Shown piece after piece: positions 41,022 through 49,608 of a stretch of 64,000 nt of DNA (position 1 is its first letter; every line of letters begins with the position of its first letter). A program made the position numbers and the translations under genes. The notes beneath the pieces were generated by a model. That model did no database searches. It worked only from the letters and a program-made list of their open reading frames with translations, and had not been told where the DNA came from. The stretch is from Clostridia bacterium (GTDB lineage Bacteria > Bacillota > Clostridia > Christensenellales > Aristaeellaceae), in the NCBI GenBank assembly GCA_017460395.1, contig JAFUBA010000007.1, positions 7,652 through 71,651 of the forward strand. The letters are read 5' to 3'.

Positions 41022-43234
41022 CTTTAGACGCTAATTTCCAGGAAAATTACAGTAATTAACTAATTAATTCTTTGAAAAAACCGGGATAAGTGCTAAACGC
41101 CTCATAGATCAGTAGCTGTTTATATCACGGAATCGTAGTCGCGGATGTGTGATGTGAGCCCATTTTGGGACCGGGTTTCTGACGGAGGGTTCCGTCCTTG
41201 TTGAATATTCCCTTTTTGCTGCCGGGCTTGGGTCCAGGTCTTTGACGCTTGCTTCCGTCCATGTTTGTGTCAGCGCGCTTGAATCCGGGCTTTGGCCCGG
41301 GTTTTCCGCGCAGCTTTGGCACTGGTTCCGGCACTGTGTCTGTCGAGCGTGTCATGGTTTTCTGCTTAGGCTTAGGACCCGGCTTCTTTTTGACAAGCTT
41401 TGGCACATAACCGTTCATTCTCTTGTTAACGTCGGCTACGATGTCATCCAGATACTCTTTCTTTTTTCCTAATTGCGTAAACATTTGTAGCTGTTTAGCC
41501 TTCTCAGTGTGAGTATAATAGAACACCTTGTTTACCCGAAGCATGGTCATCAGATTCAGTTCCCTGAAATATGATGTAGCAGCCATCTGTATTTTATCCG
41601 CGCCCTGTTCCATATGGTAACGTATAATAGAGCTGATAAAACCCAGACAATATTTCGACCTTGTGCCTGCGTCAAAATGCACATGTGCTCCAGTGCCATA
41701 GCCCAGCTGTGTTTTGACAAAGGAATACTGTTTCTCTGAGACGTTCCTTGAGGAGTAACGCTGGTGCACTTCATATGGGGTCAGATCTTGCGAATGCGCT
41801 ATACCATAGATGCCCGTATCATCAATATGCTTCTGGATTTCTGTAGTATTAACGCATACTGCATTCGTTTCAGGATCAATATTCAACACATGCTTGAAGA
41901 CATCACTGACTACCGCCTTCGTGTCCTTCTCAAGAAGTGCTTCAAGTCGATCAATCTCTGCGTATACTTTGTCCAGGTAATGGCCCAGTCTTTCAGCACC
42001 ATTCAAAAAATCATAGAAGATCGTGACATGGTCTTGCTTTGCATACTTTCCGAACAGTTGAACATCTTTCTGTGCGGCGTAAAGATGGGTCTTCTTTACA
42101 AGATGTTTGGCATCATTCTTAATCGCGTTTTTCTGCTCATCTGCAACCTCCTTATAGCCTGCAGGCTCTCCTTTGATCATGATGACATACTCAATCTTGT
42201 GTTCATTAAGGTACTCAATAGCGTTTGTATCACAATATCCTCTATCAAGAATGACACCTTCGACTTCGATTTTACATTGTTCAAGAAAGTCAATGATATC
42301 TTTCATTGCTTTTGCATCGACTAATCCTCCACGATACAAGTTGAATGTGACTGGATAACCATCAACACTGACAGCATAGGTAAAACTAATAATATTTGTG
42401 TTCTTCTTCGATTTTGCTTTCCCTTTTTCGGCTATCTCAACACCTTTGCACTTGCAGTCTTCATTGGAACCATCAATGCACAACCATACTTTGCTCATCC
42501 CGTTTGCCTTGCAGTGCAATGCCCATTGCTTCTTGAACAGTATTATTTCGTCATTGCTGATCCCTTTTTCAAAGAGGTTCGAATATGTTGAATCACTGTA
42601 CAATTTTCCAGAAAAAAGGACCTGATCGCTCATACGGCTTTCATACTGCGAGGTAATATCAGACTGAAAAAGGATCGAATACATGGCATAATCCAGCAGC
42701 TTATCTGTCTTCTTACTGCCAAATGCATCTTCCATCACCTTCCGAAGCTGGCATTCTTCCACAATGACCTTCGTAGCTGCGTACATGCCAAATCGAAGCT
42801 CTATAGGCTTGATAGCACTATGCCCATATTTCTTTACCCATTCGTCTTTGAACAGTTCCAGATAGTTATCATTGGGAGTCATTTTCGTCTGATCAGTGGG
42901 ATCAAGATAACCGATCAGAACAGGATTATTTCCGTTACACGAATAGAACACGGTACCGGTTTGCTGGGCTTCAGTGGCAGCTCTTCTGAAGATGCCAGGT
43001 AGCTCTGGAACATCAACTCGCTTGTCAGGATAAGCAGCCATAATTAATTAGTTCACATCCTTTTTGTCGGAAAAATGCCGACTGTAGTTTACAGTGGCGA
43101 TTATACACCATCTAATTAATTATGGCAAGGGGTGAAAATGCTTATATTACAAGGCTTTTCGAGGTTTCTACATGCAACGAAAAGTCAATTAATCAATTAG
43201 TTACTGTAATTTTTCCAGAAAATAGCGTTTAGAG
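41022..43234 (-). mobile_element. IS4-family insertion sequence (about 2.2 kb), apparently intact
   Basis: Imperfect terminal inverted repeats of about 48 bp (roughly 39 matches by manual alignment; shared core AAAATTACAGTAA), a single transposase ORF, and strikingly AT-rich sequence relative to flanks. No target-site duplication could be identified, and the ends are uncertain by a few bp. Confidence 0.85.
41125..43041 (-). CDS. DDE transposase, IS4 family (IS1634-like)
   Basis: Candidate DDE residues lie in LCIDGSNED, VILDRGYCD and the exact Y-x2-R-x3-E-x6-K signature YSSRNVSEKQYSFVK. The C-terminal tail carries four (K/R)PGPKP(G/K) repeats. Confidence 0.85.
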   Translation of the reverse strand: MAAYPDKRVDVPELPGIFRRAATEAQQTGTVFYSCNGNNPVLIGYLDPTDQTKMTPNDNYLELFKDEWVKKYGHSAIKPIELRFGMYAATKVIVEECQLRKVMEDAFGSKKTDKLLDYAMYSILFQSDITSQYESRMSDQVLFSGKLYSDSTYSNLFEKGISNDEIILFKKQWALHCKANGMSKVWLCIDGSNEDCKCKGVEIAEKGKAKSKKNTNIISFTYAVSVDGYPVTFNLYRGGLVDAKAMKDIIDFLEQCKIEVEGVILDRGYCDTNAIEYLNEHKIEYVIMIKGEPAGYKEVADEQKNAIKNDAKHLVKKTHLYAAQKDVQLFGKYAKQDHVTIFYDFLNGAERLGHYLDKVYAEIDRLEALLEKDTKAVVSDVFKHVLNIDPETNAVCVNTTEIQKHIDDTGIYGIAHSQDLTPYEVHQRYSSRNVSEKQYSFVKTQLGYGTGAHVHFDAGTRSKYCLGFISSIIRYHMEQGADKIQMAATSYFRELNLMTMLRVNKVFYYTHTEKAKQLQMFTQLGKKKEYLDDIVADVNKRMNGYVPKLVKKKPGPKPKQKTMTRSTDTVPEPVPKLRGKPGPKPGFKRADTNMDGSKRQRPGPKPGSKKGIFNKDGTLRQKPGPKMGSHHTSATTIP

Positions 43235-43471
43235 ATGCCCGGTTCATCTCTCCCCTGCTCATCCATTGAGGGTGCATATAAGCGAACAGGCCACAGATGG
43301 CGTTCTGTCGACAGGTTCCCGCCCTGAAGTGCCTGTGAGTAACGTTTTTCCTGATGTACCCGTATCTTAGCCGGACGCTTTCCTGACGTCAAGCTCGCTG
43401 CTGTTCTGCATATGTCCTGTGATGTATAATGATTCCATCATCCATGTCGATTGCACATAAGGAGGCATAGC

Positions 43472-44527
43472 ATGCTGCAGGTCCGAACCCATCAGCTGGT
43501 GATATCCGTCCCAAAGACGCTTGCACACCACGCGTCCACCCTTCTGCCCCTCCCGGACGGCCGTGTCCTGGTGGCCTGGTTTGGCGGCAGTCGCGAGAGC
43601 AGCAACGATGTCTCCATCTGGCTCTCAGAAAAGACGCAGGACAGATTTTCCGAGCCCCGGTGCATCGCGTCCTCCATGGAACCCCACTGGAATCCGGTGC
43701 TGTTCGAACGGCAGGACGGAAGTATTCTTCTGTTCTATAAGGTAGGCTTCCCGATCCCCGAGTGGCGGACAGAAGTCATAGAATCCTGTGATGGCGGCCA
43801 TACATGGTCAGAGCCCCGGGAACTGGTCCCGGGGGACCGCTGCGGAGGCCGCGGCCCTGTCCGAAACAAGCCCCTTAGCCTGCCGGGCGGAAGAATTGTA
43901 GCGCCATCTTCGCTGGAAAAAGGGCTCTGGCGCTGTTTCATGGATCTGTCGGACGATGACGGAAGAACATGGCACCAGAGCCAGTTCATTGAGGCCCGGG
44001 GGACACACGATCTGCATGAAGGGCTCCTCCACTGGCAGAAGGTCGCCATGGACTCGTATCTCTCCGGCAAGCCCTTTGATCCGTCCTCTGTACCCCCGGA
44101 ATACGCCCACGGGCGGGGCGTCATCCAGCCCACCCTGTGGATGGACCAATACGGACTTCATGCCCTGCTTCGAAGCGGGGAGGGCTATATTTATCGGACC
44201 GATTCTGCGGACAGCGGAGAGACCTGGTGCGAGGCTTATCCCACCTCCATCCCGAACAACAACAGCGGCATCGATCTGACCATGCTGCCGGGCGGAGAAC
44301 TGATCCTGTGCTACAACCCTGTGGGCGGAAACTTCTCTGCCCGCTCACCGATTTCCCTGGCCATCAGCCGGGACCTGGGAGAAAACTGGGAAAAGATCTG
44401 CGACCTTGAGACCGAACCAGACGAATTCTCTTATCCAGCCATCGTCAGCCGCGGTAACCATGTGTATCTGACCTACACCTACAGACGACAGAATATTGCC
44501 TACTGGGAGTTTGACTGGCTGCCCTGA
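43472..44527 (+). CDS. BNR/Asp-box sialidase-fold protein, no signal peptide
   Basis: Four Asp-boxes: SCDGGHTWS, SDDDGRTWH, SADSGETWC, SRDLGENWE. AAGGAGG lies upstream of the ATG at 43472. Confidence 0.75.
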   Translation: MLQVRTHQLVISVPKTLAHHASTLLPLPDGRVLVAWFGGSRESSNDVSIWLSEKTQDRFSEPRCIASSMEPHWNPVLFERQDGSILLFYKVGFPIPEWRTEVIESCDGGHTWSEPRELVPGDRCGGRGPVRNKPLSLPGGRIVAPSSLEKGLWRCFMDLSDDDGRTWHQSQFIEARGTHDLHEGLLHWQKVAMDSYLSGKPFDPSSVPPEYAHGRGVIQPTLWMDQYGLHALLRSGEGYIYRTDSADSGETWCEAYPTSIPNNNSGIDLTMLPGGELILCYNPVGGNFSARSPISLAISRDLGENWEKICDLETEPDEFSYPAIVSRGNHVYLTYTYRRQNIAYWEFDWLP

Positions 44528-44689
44528 GCCTGTCACTTTCCCGTCCTTTTTCTGCCTTCCCTGAATGAAAAAGCACCCTCTTTCGTCCTGCAGGTTCCGC
44601 AGAATCCGAAGCCTGCCCTTCACGGAAGAGGGTTTTTCATGTGCTCTGCAGGCTGCACTTTCATGCTTCAGTCATGAGGATGGAAATCA

Positions 44690-45409
44690 TTACGATTCCT
44701 GAAAGTCCCTGCAGATCGCATCGTAGTACTTGCCTGTGTACATGGAGTAGTCCGCCTCATTGCACTTCGCCGGCTTTTTTCCGCAGGGTTTTCCGAAGGA
44801 ATAGCGGGTGCCCCAGGCATTCCCTTTGCTGATGTTCCTGATGGCCATGCAGTACTCGCTGGACCAGGAAAACTCGCCCTTTCGCACGACCACCACGGGA
44901 CCCGGCATGAGCTTTGCATATTTGCTGTACAGGTTCTCGATGGTCGTCACTTCCTCATAGTCCACCCCAGCCACCGGTGTGAATTCGCCGGTCTTTGCCG
45001 CCTGATTCCTCGGCGGCTTATTCTGTTCTTCCTTCAGATCATGCACCTGCTTCTGCACATGGTCCACCTTGCCCTCGAAGTATTCGAGGGCACCGGAGAT
45101 GTTCTGGTAGGCCGTGACGGCGCCCTGGAAGCTCTCTTCCAGTCGCTGCATCTCCTCCAGAATCGCCTCGTGCCGCCGGATGTCCTCCTGCAGGTTTGCC
45201 CGCTCCGCGCGAAGCTCATTGAGCTGCCCTTCCGCACGGCTCACCAGGTCTTCCAGTTCCTCCGCCCGCTGACAGATTCTCTCATACAGTGCCATCTGCC
45301 CCTGCCCGGCCTCCTGAAGAACGCTGACACTTTTGTGCATCTCCATGACCTGGCGGGCGAACTCGGCATCCTGATTGAGCAGATCGTAGACATTGGCAAT
45401 ATTATCCAT
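44690..45409 (-). CDS. Coiled-coil protein with an unrecognised Cys-containing C-terminal domain
   Basis: The N-terminal 130 aa are heptad-like and charged (AEELEDLVSRAEGQLNELRAERANLQEDIRRHEAILEEMQRLEE). The C-terminal 100 aa (VVVRKGEFSWSSEYCMAIRNISKGNAWGTRYSFGKPCGKKPAKCNEADY...AICRD) match no family I recognise. The start overlaps the upstream stop (ATGGATAA). Confidence 0.6.
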   Translation of the reverse strand: MDNIANVYDLLNQDAEFARQVMEMHKSVSVLQEAGQGQMALYERICQRAEELEDLVSRAEGQLNELRAERANLQEDIRRHEAILEEMQRLEESFQGAVTAYQNISGALEYFEGKVDHVQKQVHDLKEEQNKPPRNQAAKTGEFTPVAGVDYEEVTTIENLYSKYAKLMPGPVVVVRKGEFSWSSEYCMAIRNISKGNAWGTRYSFGKPCGKKPAKCNEADYSMYTGKYYDAICRDFQES

Positions 45410-46271
45410 TCTGTGCTTCCCCCATCTCTGTCACGAATTCCCGTACGCCCGCAGCATGGCGCATGGCACACGCCCGGCACCTGAGTGCAAGGTGATACAT
45501 CACCAGATAAATCTCGCTCCAGTGAAACTGGCCATAGATGCGGCTCACCAGCATGCTCAGCTGTACAGAGCTCATATTCAGCATATCATCCAGCGCCTCG
45601 TCATCCGTCAGAAGGGCATACAGTACCCGTACATCCGAATCTACGGGCAGAACCTCAAGACAGGAGGTGACATCAAAGTCCGGGTGATCCAGGAAATGGA
45701 GCACGGCATATTTTGCCCGCATCTCGCTGTCTTCCTCCGCATCCATAAGTGCAGGATAGTCCTTCTGCACAGTCTCCTCGCCCTCGTCCCAGGTTTCGTA
45801 TGTCTCCTCCCAGGGCTCGAAGAACGGCACTGTCAGGGGAACGTAGAAGACCTGCTGTTCAAAGCAGACAAACAGGTCATGGAGGAGCCGAAGGTGGCTC
45901 AGCGCCATCTCTCCGCTGGCCGTCCTGTTCATGTCGTGGGAGGACTGATTGCCGCCGGACCGCCTGGCATCATCCAGATGCTTCACCAGCATTCCGTCCC
46001 CTACCGCCTTGCGAAATCCGACATAGCTCAGAAGCTCCGCATAACTGCACATACCGGTCGGCTTTCCGCCCAGGTGCTCCGGCAGCTCAAAGAGAGGTGC
46101 TTTATAGAAAAGCCGCACCAGGGTTTCCGTGCATGCCCTGCACTTGGCCACGGCGGAGGTGTAGTGCCCTTCCATGTAAAGACGCTCCGCTTCCGTGCAG
46201 TTATCCGCAAAGCCCGGCGTGTATACTTCCCCGCGCGTTTCATCGTACATGAAGACGAAATTACCAGACAA
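45402..46271 (-). CDS. DUF4145-domain protein with an acidic C-terminal extension
   Basis: HYTSAVAKCRACTETLVRL ... LVKHLDDARRSGGNQSSHD fits the DUF4145 pattern, including R-x2-G-N-x3-H. TTG start with GAGGTG about 10 nt upstream. The C-terminal 160 aa are unassigned. Confidence 0.6.
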   Translation of the reverse strand: MSGNFVFMYDETRGEVYTPGFADNCTEAERLYMEGHYTSAVAKCRACTETLVRLFYKAPLFELPEHLGGKPTGMCSYAELLSYVGFRKAVGDGMLVKHLDDARRSGGNQSSHDMNRTASGEMALSHLRLLHDLFVCFEQQVFYVPLTVPFFEPWEETYETWDEGEETVQKDYPALMDAEEDSEMRAKYAVLHFLDHPDFDVTSCLEVLPVDSDVRVLYALLTDDEALDDMLNMSSVQLSMLVSRIYGQFHWSEIYLVMYHLALRCRACAMRHAAGVREFVTEMGEAQNG

Positions 46272-46317
46272 GTGCTTTTCTCACCTCGTTTTCCAGGCAG
46301 ATTGACCGCCTCTTTCG

Positions 46318-47544
46318 TCACCTGCTGCTCCAGCGCAGGTTGTCTATGAGGGATTCCCTGCTGACCATGTCAAGATACCTGGCAAATACATTCTCGCCTT
46401 TTTCCTGCCAGAGTGCCCAGCCGGGATCCTGTTTCCAGGAAGGGTCATCCGAGCGGAAGGTGCCGGAAAAATAGGCGAGATTGAATCGGGCCGAAAGATC
46501 CAGCATCTGTTCCCGCTCCTCCTCCGGGATTGACGGGTCCATAGACTTCCTGTTTTTGTCCTTTGTAATCTCGCAGAACCACCTGGCGCTCTCCTCCTGA
46601 AAGCCCTCCGGCAGATGCTCCGCGCAAAGGGCCCTTGCCTCGTAGTCGATACTTCCGTCATCCCGGATCTCGATCATGGCAAAGCGGTGCGGTGACACGG
46701 AAAAGGCACCGGTTGCGGCATCGGTCACGCCGTCCTGCTCCATCAGATGCTGAATATGAAGATGGCCGCTCACATGCAGCTGCACACCGGCGCGGCGAAG
46801 CGTTTCAAGGCAGGTTTCCCAGCCGAACATCTGAAAGCTCTCCCGGGCAAAGGAGCTTTGCGCCACCAGACTGTGATGACTCCCCGTGATCACGGTCCGC
46901 CCCTCCGACGCGGCCTCCTTCAGCATCTCCCGCACCTGCACATCATGGCTGCTCATGTAGACCCCAAAGGTCTGCCCCATGGGCTCATAGAAGGACACAT
47001 CCATGAGCACGAGCGCCACACGGTCCCCCACCGGCACCATGTACGTGAAACCTGCCTCGTCCTGAAGGTCACAGTCCCCGAGAAACTCCAGGTAAATCTC
47101 CTGGAACCCATCTGCATTCAGATTGGGCGCCGGATACCATGCGTCCCCCTCAAATCTTCTGGTTGAGGGGCTGTTGATGTCGTGGTTCCCCGGGATCACC
47201 CACACGTTTGTCCCCGTCTCCGCCTCGATCCTCCTCAGCCAGCCCTTTAGCCACAGATGACTGGCCTTTTCCCCGTTGAAGGTCAGGTCCCCGGTCAGTA
47301 CCAGTGCATCGGGCTTCTGGTGCTTTACCTCCTCCAGCAGGCCCTGCATCAGCTCCTCACTGTGCTGGGTATACTTACCGTCCCCCGCGCGCAGCGCCTG
47401 GATGAACAGATCACTGCCTTCAAACAGCTCCGGCGCCAGGACATGGGTGTCTGAAATGACCATGATGCGCGTGTCGGCCATGGCACATTTCAGAGGCACA
47501 AGTGCAAGGAGGAAAAAGGCTATCATGTATAAGATTCGTTTCAT
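46318..47544 (-). CDS. Calcineurin-like metallophosphoesterase with an N-terminal signal/anchor
   Basis: Motifs VISDTHV, LTGDLTFNG, IPGNHD and VSGHLHIQH. N-terminus is MKRILYMIAFFLLALVPLKCAMA. Confidence 0.8.
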   Translation of the reverse strand: MKRILYMIAFFLLALVPLKCAMADTRIMVISDTHVLAPELFEGSDLFIQALRAGDGKYTQHSEELMQGLLEEVKHQKPDALVLTGDLTFNGEKASHLWLKGWLRRIEAETGTNVWVIPGNHDINSPSTRRFEGDAWYPAPNLNADGFQEIYLEFLGDCDLQDEAGFTYMVPVGDRVALVLMDVSFYEPMGQTFGVYMSSHDVQVREMLKEAASEGRTVITGSHHSLVAQSSFARESFQMFGWETCLETLRRAGVQLHVSGHLHIQHLMEQDGVTDAATGAFSVSPHRFAMIEIRDDGSIDYEARALCAEHLPEGFQEESARWFCEITKDKNRKSMDPSIPEEEREQMLDLSARFNLAYFSGTFRSDDPSWKQDPGWALWQEKGENVFARYLDMVSRESLIDNLRWSSR

Positions 47545-47617
47545 GTTTCACATCCTCATGTCGAGCACCGAATACACTTGGCTTTAAGGATTGTCAGCAA
47601 TTTTCAAAAGAACTGGA

Positions 47618-49318
47618 TCATTCTTCTACTTCCCACTCTGTCAGCATTCTCGACTTCGAATCAAAGGCTACGCCGATCCTGTATAGCTTTCTGGTATCCA
47701 CCCGAAAGGGAAGAACAGATTGTTTTTCCTCTATTTTCTCAGGTGCTTCCTCTGCCGTGCCATCCATCCTGAACCCGAACACATATGCGTATTCCCGAGT
47801 TTTGACCTTGCAGCCGATATACCCGGAAAACGTGTGCAGCTCACACTCAAGAAACCTGCCAAGCAGCGTGAATACAAGAAATATCACCATCCGCATGCAG
47901 TGGTCAAGGGGTATTCCTCCCGGCACGATACAGGCTACCATGCCCGTCAGTACATCCCGGATGCCCTCCAGATTTCCGCGTCCCATGTGCTCATCCAGCG
48001 TGAAAATATCCAGCCCGTTTGCAGCATTTGCATTTGGGGTATACGCGGACAGCAGGCTTTCGAGAAAGGCGTATTTCACCTCTTCGCATGGAAAACCGAG
48101 CGCGTATCTGTCCCGATCGTGGTCGTAACCTGCAATCGTCAGGTACCCTGTCTGATACAACAGAGGTACTGGATCCGCCGCATCGCACGTCGTACTCTTC
48201 AACGTGCGCTCATCTGCATACAGCGTCCCCTCGGTCAGCCTCTGTACATCAAAATCAGTTTCTCGGAGCTTCCTGATCAGAAGATCCGGCGTGCCCGTCC
48301 CGAACCAGTAGGAACCAAAACTCTTTGAGAAGAAGCATTTCAGGACGCTGAACGGATTGTAAACGCTTTGAGAGCACGGTGCAAAGTGATAGCCGTCGTA
48401 CCACTTTTTCATCTTCTCCAGGCCTTCTTCCCGCCCAAGATGCTGCCTGTTGCAGAGCGCATCAATTTCCTCTCCAAAGACGGTTCTGATTTCTGCATCC
48501 GTCAGGCCGCAGACACAGGCATACTCCTCATCCAGGGATATATCGCCCGGCAGGTCCAGATCATTGCATCTGCTCACACCGGTCACAAAGCTGAACCGGA
48601 TACTGTCAGAGCAGCTTTTGAGCACACCAAAAAAATCGCTCAGAACATCCCTGTTGTGTTCCTGCATCTCCCTGTGATCCATGTCCTCCAGGAGTGGTTT
48701 GTCATACTCATCCACAAGGATGACACATGGAAGACCGGTGGTGTCCCCTGCTCTGATCAAAAGATTCCGGAATCTCGCACCGAGAGAGCTTTGCGCGCCA
48801 TCCAGCGCATACGCCTTCTCCCACTTTTCAAGGAGGAAGGTCAGCCTGCGTTCAAGCGCACCTTTTTCCTGATAGTTCTCGCCATTGAAGTCAAAACTGA
48901 ACACGGGATATGCTTTCCATGCATTACACTTGTCCTCTTCCAGCTTTTCAATGGCAAGACCTGAGAAAAGCTCTTTCCTGCCCTCCCAGTAGGCCTTCAG
49001 GGTGGAGAGCAGCAGGCTCTTTCCAAATCTCCTTGGCCTTGAGAGAAAACACGATGCATTGTGATGAACCAGATGATAGACATATTCTGTCTTATCTACA
49101 TAAAGAAAGCCGTCTGTCCTGATCTTCTCAAAGCTCTGTATCCCAACCGGGATTTTCCTGGCCGCCACGCCGTCTCCTTTCCGGTCTTGCACCAGAAGGT
49201 CACCTGAAGCAGGCTTCAGTATCCCGAACATGCCGTGCCGCAGGAAATCTGTTGATCCGGGCCAGTGCCTTCTGGCAGGTTGATCCAAAGTCATCTGCTG
49301 ATCCGTGATACGCACCAC
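47618..49318 (-). CDS. AAA-ATPase_like plus PD-(D/E)XK-like protein (nuclease motif apparently degenerate)
   Basis: PVGIQSFEKIRTDGFLYVDKTEYVY and RPRRFGKSLLLSTL. The C-terminal region aligns by eye to the paralog's nuclease domain, but with SGYIG in place of GRSD and FGFRM in place of LELKH. The start is uncertain (GTG 49318, ATG 49294 or ATG 49231). Confidence 0.7.
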   Translation of the reverse strand: MVRITDQQMTLDQPARRHWPGSTDFLRHGMFGILKPASGDLLVQDRKGDGVAARKIPVGIQSFEKIRTDGFLYVDKTEYVYHLVHHNASCFLSRPRRFGKSLLLSTLKAYWEGRKELFSGLAIEKLEEDKCNAWKAYPVFSFDFNGENYQEKGALERRLTFLLEKWEKAYALDGAQSSLGARFRNLLIRAGDTTGLPCVILVDEYDKPLLEDMDHREMQEHNRDVLSDFFGVLKSCSDSIRFSFVTGVSRCNDLDLPGDISLDEEYACVCGLTDAEIRTVFGEEIDALCNRQHLGREEGLEKMKKWYDGYHFAPCSQSVYNPFSVLKCFFSKSFGSYWFGTGTPDLLIRKLRETDFDVQRLTEGTLYADERTLKSTTCDAADPVPLLYQTGYLTIAGYDHDRDRYALGFPCEEVKYAFLESLLSAYTPNANAANGLDIFTLDEHMGRGNLEGIRDVLTGMVACIVPGGIPLDHCMRMVIFLVFTLLGRFLECELHTFSGYIGCKVKTREYAYVFGFRMDGTAEEAPEKIEEKQSVLPFRVDTRKLYRIGVAFDSKSRMLTEWEVEE

Positions 49319-49608
49319 GGAGCAATCTCACATCTACTCAGATCCGGCGCTGCGCTTCCTCCCGGAAAGCCCTCCGAAGGGCGCTGTTCAGAATACGCAT
49401 CGGCAGATGCATGGAACTGTGCGCAGTAGCCTTGACAAGTTCTCCTGTCGCCAGCCGCCTTCTGCTCAAAGCTTTCATCACGCTTCACTTCCAGCACAGC
49501 ATCTCACCGTATTGGATGCGTTTCGCCCTCTGCGAAGCCCAAAACAGATGCATACCATCTGTTACGTGTGTATATTCTGTATTGTATGTATCATGTTCCC
49601 AATACAGT

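Noticed and set aside
40508-41059. 183-aa plus-strand ORF running from inside fucI into the IS inverted repeat
   Set aside because: It is antisense to fucI for most of its length and ends within the IS terminal repeat. It has no RBS or family resemblance.
40791-43392. Idea that the IS split a small rhamnose/fucose-mutarotase-like gene (fragments 43235-43392 and 40791-41021, minus strand)
   Set aside because: The right fragment contains ERHLWPV, reminiscent of the H-x2-WPE motif. However, the alignment needs a 7-aa insertion, the left fragment matches only vaguely, no target duplication allows the frames to be joined, and the junction is a palindrome more typical of non-coding DNA.
45393-46349. 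318-aa plus-strand ORF opposite the DUF4145 gene
   Set aside because: The His/Arg/Gln-rich translation has no motifs. The minus-strand genes have RBSs, translational coupling and a recognisable domain signature.
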